A stretch of DNA of 60,396 nucleotides, counting the filler, from Nitrospirae bacterium CG2_30_53_67 (GTDB lineage: Bacteria > CG2-30-53-67), in NCBI GenBank assembly GCA_001873285.1. It is 5 parts of 5 records of this genome, joined end to end, with 100 filler letters (N's around TTAATTAATTAA, not from the genome) between each part and the next. Parts side by side here need not be neighbours in the genome. Positions count along the whole stretch, not along the records: positions 50,874 to 60,396 come from MNYV01000115.1; 4 more parts are not named here. One strand, written 5' to 3'. Shown in pieces: positions 56,460 to 60,396 of this stretch. Position numbers and translations under genes: made by a program. The stretch's first letter is position 1; every line of letters begins with the position of its first letter. The notes under the pieces were generated by a model. That model searched no databases. It saw only the letters and a program-made list of their open reading frames with translations, and was not told the origin of the DNA.

Positions 56460-56505
56460 GCATAAATCGCAACGATCTGGTCATTCAAATGCGGAAAGCC
56501 TCTGC
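56328..56505 (+). repeat. 178-bp direct repeat, right copy
   Basis: Matches 51669-51846; ends 2 bp before the stop of the convergent gene. Confidence 0.92.
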
Positions 56506-56507
56506 TA

Positions 56508-58601
56508 TCAATCCACCAGTTTGTTCCTGACCCGTTCAACCGAAATGACGACCGGTTTTTGTGCCTTGAGGTAAGGGGAGAGTTTTTGCAGGGAGGCTTC
56601 AGCTTCGGACCGGTCCTTGTAAATTCCGCAAAGAACTTTATAGGCTGGCTTGTCGTTGAACAGGGCATTCAGAATAAAGACCTTTTCCTCCTTCGACGCC
56701 TCCTCTATATCCTTGGAAGCAAAATTCAGATAGGAGGTGATCTCGATCTGTATGGTGAAGGATGGATCCGGAGCGGAGCGGACCAGGTCCGCCCAGTCTT
56801 TCATGGCGCTTTTGAGATTCCCGTTCTTGAAATTAACCAATCCCTTTGCATAGAGATCATTCCATGAAGGCAAAGTTGCTGCCGGCGCCGACGGTTTGGT
56901 CTCGGCCTGAACCTTTGATGACGGCTCAACAATTTTTTCATGCGCCGCCTGTTCGGTTTGAGCCGGAGGCTCCTTGACATCGGGTCCGGCCTTTGCCTCT
57001 TTCGAAGGCTCAGAGGCTTTTTCTTCTTCTGCCGGTTTGACCTCTCCCTGCGTCTCCCTGATCTCCGCGGTATCCTGCTTTTCAGGGGGTGTTTCCTGCA
57101 CGGCAGGCGCTTCGGCTGTTTTCATTTCCTGACCGGGGACCGGGCTTTCGCCGGCTGTTTGGGCCTGCCCTTTTTCCATAAGCTTCTGTACGATCTCTTT
57201 ATCTCTCCTGGCCTTAAAATCTCTGGTGGTCACCTGTGCTCTGATGCGTTCGGCAAAATCGTTGATTTTGGACCCCTTGTCCAGGGAGAAATAGAAGAAG
57301 GCCGCTCCGCCCATAAGGACGATGACTCCCAGAAAGAGCAAAACCTGAGTTAGGGTGGATCGCCTTTTTTCTTGAATCATCACCTCTTTCAGGATGGCCT
57401 CTTCTTCTTGTCCCTCAGCCGGACCGGATGCTTCGGTCTCCTTTTCCCAGGCATTAAGCGGGCGGTCCTCGGTCTTGAATGGAATCTCATCGGCCTTGGA
57501 TGCAGTCTGCTCATCCTCCATGGGAATCGGCTCAGACTCTTCAGCGGGAGGCGGAGCCTGCCCCTGGGATTCGCTTTCGTACTCCGAAGTCACGGGTTGA
57601 ACCTGCGGAGGAATTTCCTGGATCTCTTCTACGGGCGCCCCGCCGATCTGTTCCGGAAGGTTTTCGTCTTCTTCTTCGACTTCATCAGCCACGATCTTTG
57701 AGTAATCAACAGATCCTTGCTCTTCTTGCTCAAAGACAGGGATCTCTTCAGCCTGTTCTTCAGGCAGAATCTCATCCATGAATGTGGAGAGCGAGGATTC
57801 GTTCATGCTCGGGATTTCTTCCTGGCCCTCCATAGACCCGGTGATGTCCGCCTTATTTTCCAAGGCCGCGGCAGGGGCCTGTATCTCCACGACCCCCAGA
57901 CAGGAGAGCGTATAGAGGATCTTTTTTGTCATTGAAGAATCGAGGTCGGCGGCGTCTATGATCTCCTGAATGGCCTTCTCTCCGTCGATTTGGTCGAGGA
58001 TTGTTTTGTCTTCTCCTCTGAAGCTGAGTTCCCCGGATGGGATGGTTACGGACGTCGCCCGTACCACCTGGTTCGTATCCCCCAGTACACGGTCGATGAA
58101 ACTGTTATCCTTAATGAGCCGTATCCCCTCGGAAACAAGCTTGGAAAAAGCCACATGGAACTTCGGAAGGTCCTTGGGGATCAGCGTGGAAGCCTCCTGT
58201 TCGTTGAAGGCATAGGAGGCGTTCTCCCAGGAGAAAAGGCTGAAGAGGATGGAGACGAATTGGTACTTGCATTCGGCATAGAGATCTTTTGGGGTGAGGA
58301 ATCCCTTCTTGATCAGGATCTGTCCGAAATTGTTCCCGGTTTTTTTCTGGTCTTCGAGCACGGCCTCTTTAAGCTGGTCCCTGGTGATTTTGCCGCGTGC
58401 GCAAAGAATTTCGCCGAGAAGATCCCTTTTCAGGTTGGAACGAAAGGCAATGGGCTCACCATCCTGGAAAAAGATCCGTTTTTCAACGGTCTCCTTTTTG
58501 GCCAGGAGGATACCTGTCTTGCCGGCCTTTTTTATCTCTATCAAAAGTGCAGGAAAAGGTTTTACATCGATCCCATCCCCCCATGCCGGATCTTCTGCCA
58601 T
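56508..58601 (-). CDS. DUF4388 domain, acidic linker, TM and SPOR-like C-terminal domain protein
   Basis: KTGILL..KRIFFQDG, LGEIL..GKIT, FSWENASYAF; TM VLLFLGVIVLMGGAAFFYF; FTIQ...YKVLCGIYKDRSEAEASL. Confidence 0.78.
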   Translation of the reverse strand: MAEDPAWGDGIDVKPFPALLIEIKKAGKTGILLAKKETVEKRIFFQDGEPIAFRSNLKRDLLGEILCARGKITRDQLKEAVLEDQKKTGNNFGQILIKKGFLTPKDLYAECKYQFVSILFSLFSWENASYAFNEQEASTLIPKDLPKFHVAFSKLVSEGIRLIKDNSFIDRVLGDTNQVVRATSVTIPSGELSFRGEDKTILDQIDGEKAIQEIIDAADLDSSMTKKILYTLSCLGVVEIQAPAAALENKADITGSMEGQEEIPSMNESSLSTFMDEILPEEQAEEIPVFEQEEQGSVDYSKIVADEVEEEDENLPEQIGGAPVEEIQEIPPQVQPVTSEYESESQGQAPPPAEESEPIPMEDEQTASKADEIPFKTEDRPLNAWEKETEASGPAEGQEEEAILKEVMIQEKRRSTLTQVLLFLGVIVLMGGAAFFYFSLDKGSKINDFAERIRAQVTTRDFKARRDKEIVQKLMEKGQAQTAGESPVPGQEMKTAEAPAVQETPPEKQDTAEIRETQGEVKPAEEEKASEPSKEAKAGPDVKEPPAQTEQAAHEKIVEPSSKVQAETKPSAPAATLPSWNDLYAKGLVNFKNGNLKSAMKDWADLVRSAPDPSFTIQIEITSYLNFASKDIEEASKEEKVFILNALFNDKPAYKVLCGIYKDRSEAEASLQKLSPYLKAQKPVVISVERVRNKLVD

Positions 58602-58693
58602 GGCCGCTCCTGTGTGATATTTTGTTTTGTTTATAAAAGGTTGGATTCACTATATCGTATGGGAAAACAAAAATCAAGAAGGAATCGCAAACC

Positions 58694-58789
58694 GGGTGTG
58701 CGACAAAAATGCCTGTCCTTCGATCCCCCGATCGAGTCGGAGAATGACGCTCTCAGAGAAATGGTTGCCTATAAATTTGTCGCACACCC
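58694..58789. repeat. 96-bp element with perfect 14-bp terminal inverted repeats
   Basis: GGGTGTGCGACAAA (58694-58707) and TTTGTCGCACACCC (58776-58789). Confidence 0.65.
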
Positions 58790-58931
58790 TCGCAAGCCGT
58801 TTCCGGACAAACCCGGAGTCCATGGTAGAAGCACGAGATCCATCAGCGTCATGACAGACCAAACCGCCTTTGCAGTCAGGAAAAAGCTGACGCCTCGGCT
58901 GCACAGGCTATGGGGCCGCTTGTGCTGAAGG

Positions 58932-59564
58932 TTAGAACTCCCCGGCCATTTTTACGGCCTGAGCCACGGCCTCTTTTCTCTTTCCGGCCGCAGTCTCAGG
59001 GCCGCCCGCGAGGGTGGGCTCGATTACAATAGACCGGATGTCAGTGAATCCCATGAAACCGAGAACGGTTTCGAGGTATGGTTTCTGCAGGTCGTAGGAT
59101 GCATATTCGGTACCGGCAGGATACTCACCGCCTCTGGAATAGGCCGCAAACACGGGCTTTCCCGTAACCAGCCCCTTATAACCCTCTTCCGGGGAAAAGG
59201 AGAAGGTGTAACCCGGCTGGACGATGATGTCGATATACTGCTTGAGCCGGTAAGGGATGCCGAAGTTCCACATGGGAACGGCAAACACATACTTGTCCGC
59301 GGCCTTGAATTCCTCAATGACCGCCTCCACGCCCTTCCACACGGCAAGCTCTTCCCTGGAGTGCTTCTCCCCGTGGAGGATCGTGTACTTTGCAGTAACG
59401 GCCAGGCCGTCAAAGGCCGGAAGATCTTTCTTAAAGAGATCAAGAGTCAGGATCTCATCCTTGGGATGTCTCTTGCTGTAGGCATCCACGAACGCATCGG
59501 CCACAGCGATGGAATAGGAGCGGACGTGCCTGGGCGATGCCTGTATATATAGAAGCTTGCTCAT
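58932..59564 (-). CDS. azoR: FMN-dependent NADH-azoreductase
   Basis: LLYIQASPR..SYS, PMWNFGIPYRLKQYID, SRGGEY, LGFMGFTD. Confidence 0.93.
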   Translation of the reverse strand: MSKLLYIQASPRHVRSYSIAVADAFVDAYSKRHPKDEILTLDLFKKDLPAFDGLAVTAKYTILHGEKHSREELAVWKGVEAVIEEFKAADKYVFAVPMWNFGIPYRLKQYIDIIVQPGYTFSFSPEEGYKGLVTGKPVFAAYSRGGEYPAGTEYASYDLQKPYLETVLGFMGFTDIRSIVIEPTLAGGPETAAGKRKEAVAQAVKMAGEF

Positions 59565-59685
59565 GATGTGCCTCCATGATGTTGTATCGGTTATGCTTAC
59601 GAATTTCCTTCTTTAAGAAGGAACGGGGGATATCCCCTTTTCAATTAATTTAATACTACCCCGATCCCGGCGGATGTCAATCGGC

Positions 59686-60396
59686 TTACTTGACGTTCAC
59701 ATAATGGTTTCCGGACGGGCGCCAGGCCGGAGAGATCACCCCGGGTTCCCGGGAACGGTCTCTTAATGTCCCCCAGGTGAGGGTGAACATGCCGTATCGG
59801 TCGTTGACGCGGTCCATGGCCTCTGAGAGGCTCTCCTTCCTGCGTTCCGTCTCAAACAGGGGGAGCTGGAGGATGTCTCTGGTAAGGTCCGAGAGGGTCA
59901 CCCCCAGGAGGCGGACGCGCTGCCGGAGCTGGAGGGTTCCTATGATCTCCCGGGCGGCAAGATAGATCTCGGGCCCGTGATGGACAAAGCGGGCGAGCCG
60001 GATCCTTCTGGAGAAGGTCTGGAAATCCGCGTAGCGGAGCGTCAGGATGACGACCCGTCCGGCGAGATGATTGCGCCGAGCCCTTCTCGCCACCATCTCC
60101 GAGAGCTGAAGGAGGGCCCGGTTAAGGATCAGCGGATCCGAGACGTTCATGGGGAGGGTGGTGCTGTGTCCTATGGACTTGGCCTCCGGCTCTTGCTCCA
60201 TGGGGACCACGGGAGAGGGGTCTTCCCCGCGGCCCATGGCCGAGAGGGTCTCCCCCAGGATGCCGAAGCGCCTCCGGAGGGTCGAAACCGAGGCACGGCC
60301 CAGATCCCCGCAGGTCCGGATCCCCAATGCCCCGAGATGGCCTTCGATATGTTTGCCGATGCCGCAGAGCTCGGCCGCCGGCAGGGTCTCCATCAG
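59686..60396 (-). CDS. dinB: DNA polymerase IV, C-terminal part (cut by window end)
   Basis: GIGKH..LGIRTCGDL, KSIGHSTT, LRYADF, VRLLGV, AMDRVNDRYG. Confidence 0.9.
   Translation of the reverse strand: MMETLPAAELCGIGKHIEGHLGALGIRTCGDLGRASVSTLRRRFGILGETLSAMGRGEDPSPVVPMEQEPEAKSIGHSTTLPMNVSDPLILNRALLQLSEMVARRARRNHLAGRVVILTLRYADFQTFSRRIRLARFVHHGPEIYLAAREIIGTLQLRQRVRLLGVTLSDLTRDILQLPLFETERRKESLSEAMDRVNDRYGMFTLTWGTLRDRSREPGVISPAWRPSGNHYVNVK

Noticed and set aside
51669..56505. 178-bp repeat pair as a DGR template/variable region
   Set aside because: Mismatches include T/C and C/T changes and A in either copy, so they are not adenine-specific; no reverse transcriptase is in the window.

Overview
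The window is five separate contigs joined by artificial 100-bp N/TTAATTAATTAA/N spacers (10188-10287, 20266-20365, 30252-30351, 50774-50873), so adjacency across spacers means nothing. Gene content suggests an anaerobic Desulfobacterota/deltaproteobacteria-like genome bin (inference). Contig 1 has CBS and HPP genes under a CRP/FNR-type box, then dsrT-dsrMKJOP-dsrC-dsrEFH and a HEAT-repeat gene. This cluster looks mosaic: a sulfate-reducer-type dsrTMKJOP joined to sulfur-oxidiser-type dsrC and dsrEFH. Contig 2 has housekeeping and regulatory genes (rsmI, ribF, Rrf2), two ABC permeases with no adjacent ATPase, a decayed vapBC-like pair and radC. Contig 3 has a DEAD-box helicase, tatA, tupBCA, def, an IS1182-family element inserted into a hairpin inside a MITE-like element, fmt, DUF116 and the start of htpX. 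Contig 4 is a ~20 kb minus-strand surface-glycan modification cluster with pyruvyl transferases, an FrhB-like protein, an AsnB-like amidotransferase, glycosyltransferases and a VTC/phosphoesterase/CotH-like module. Contig 5 has the end of a type III-like Mod methylase, a 178-bp direct-repeat-bounded cassette of small proteins plus a SWIM-SNF2 helicase (candidate defence module), a DUF4388-TM-SPOR-like protein, azoR and dinB. Several families of small non-autonomous repeats, including inverted arrays of 8- and 9-mers, occur between genes. All family calls come from motif recognition by eye; no searches were run.
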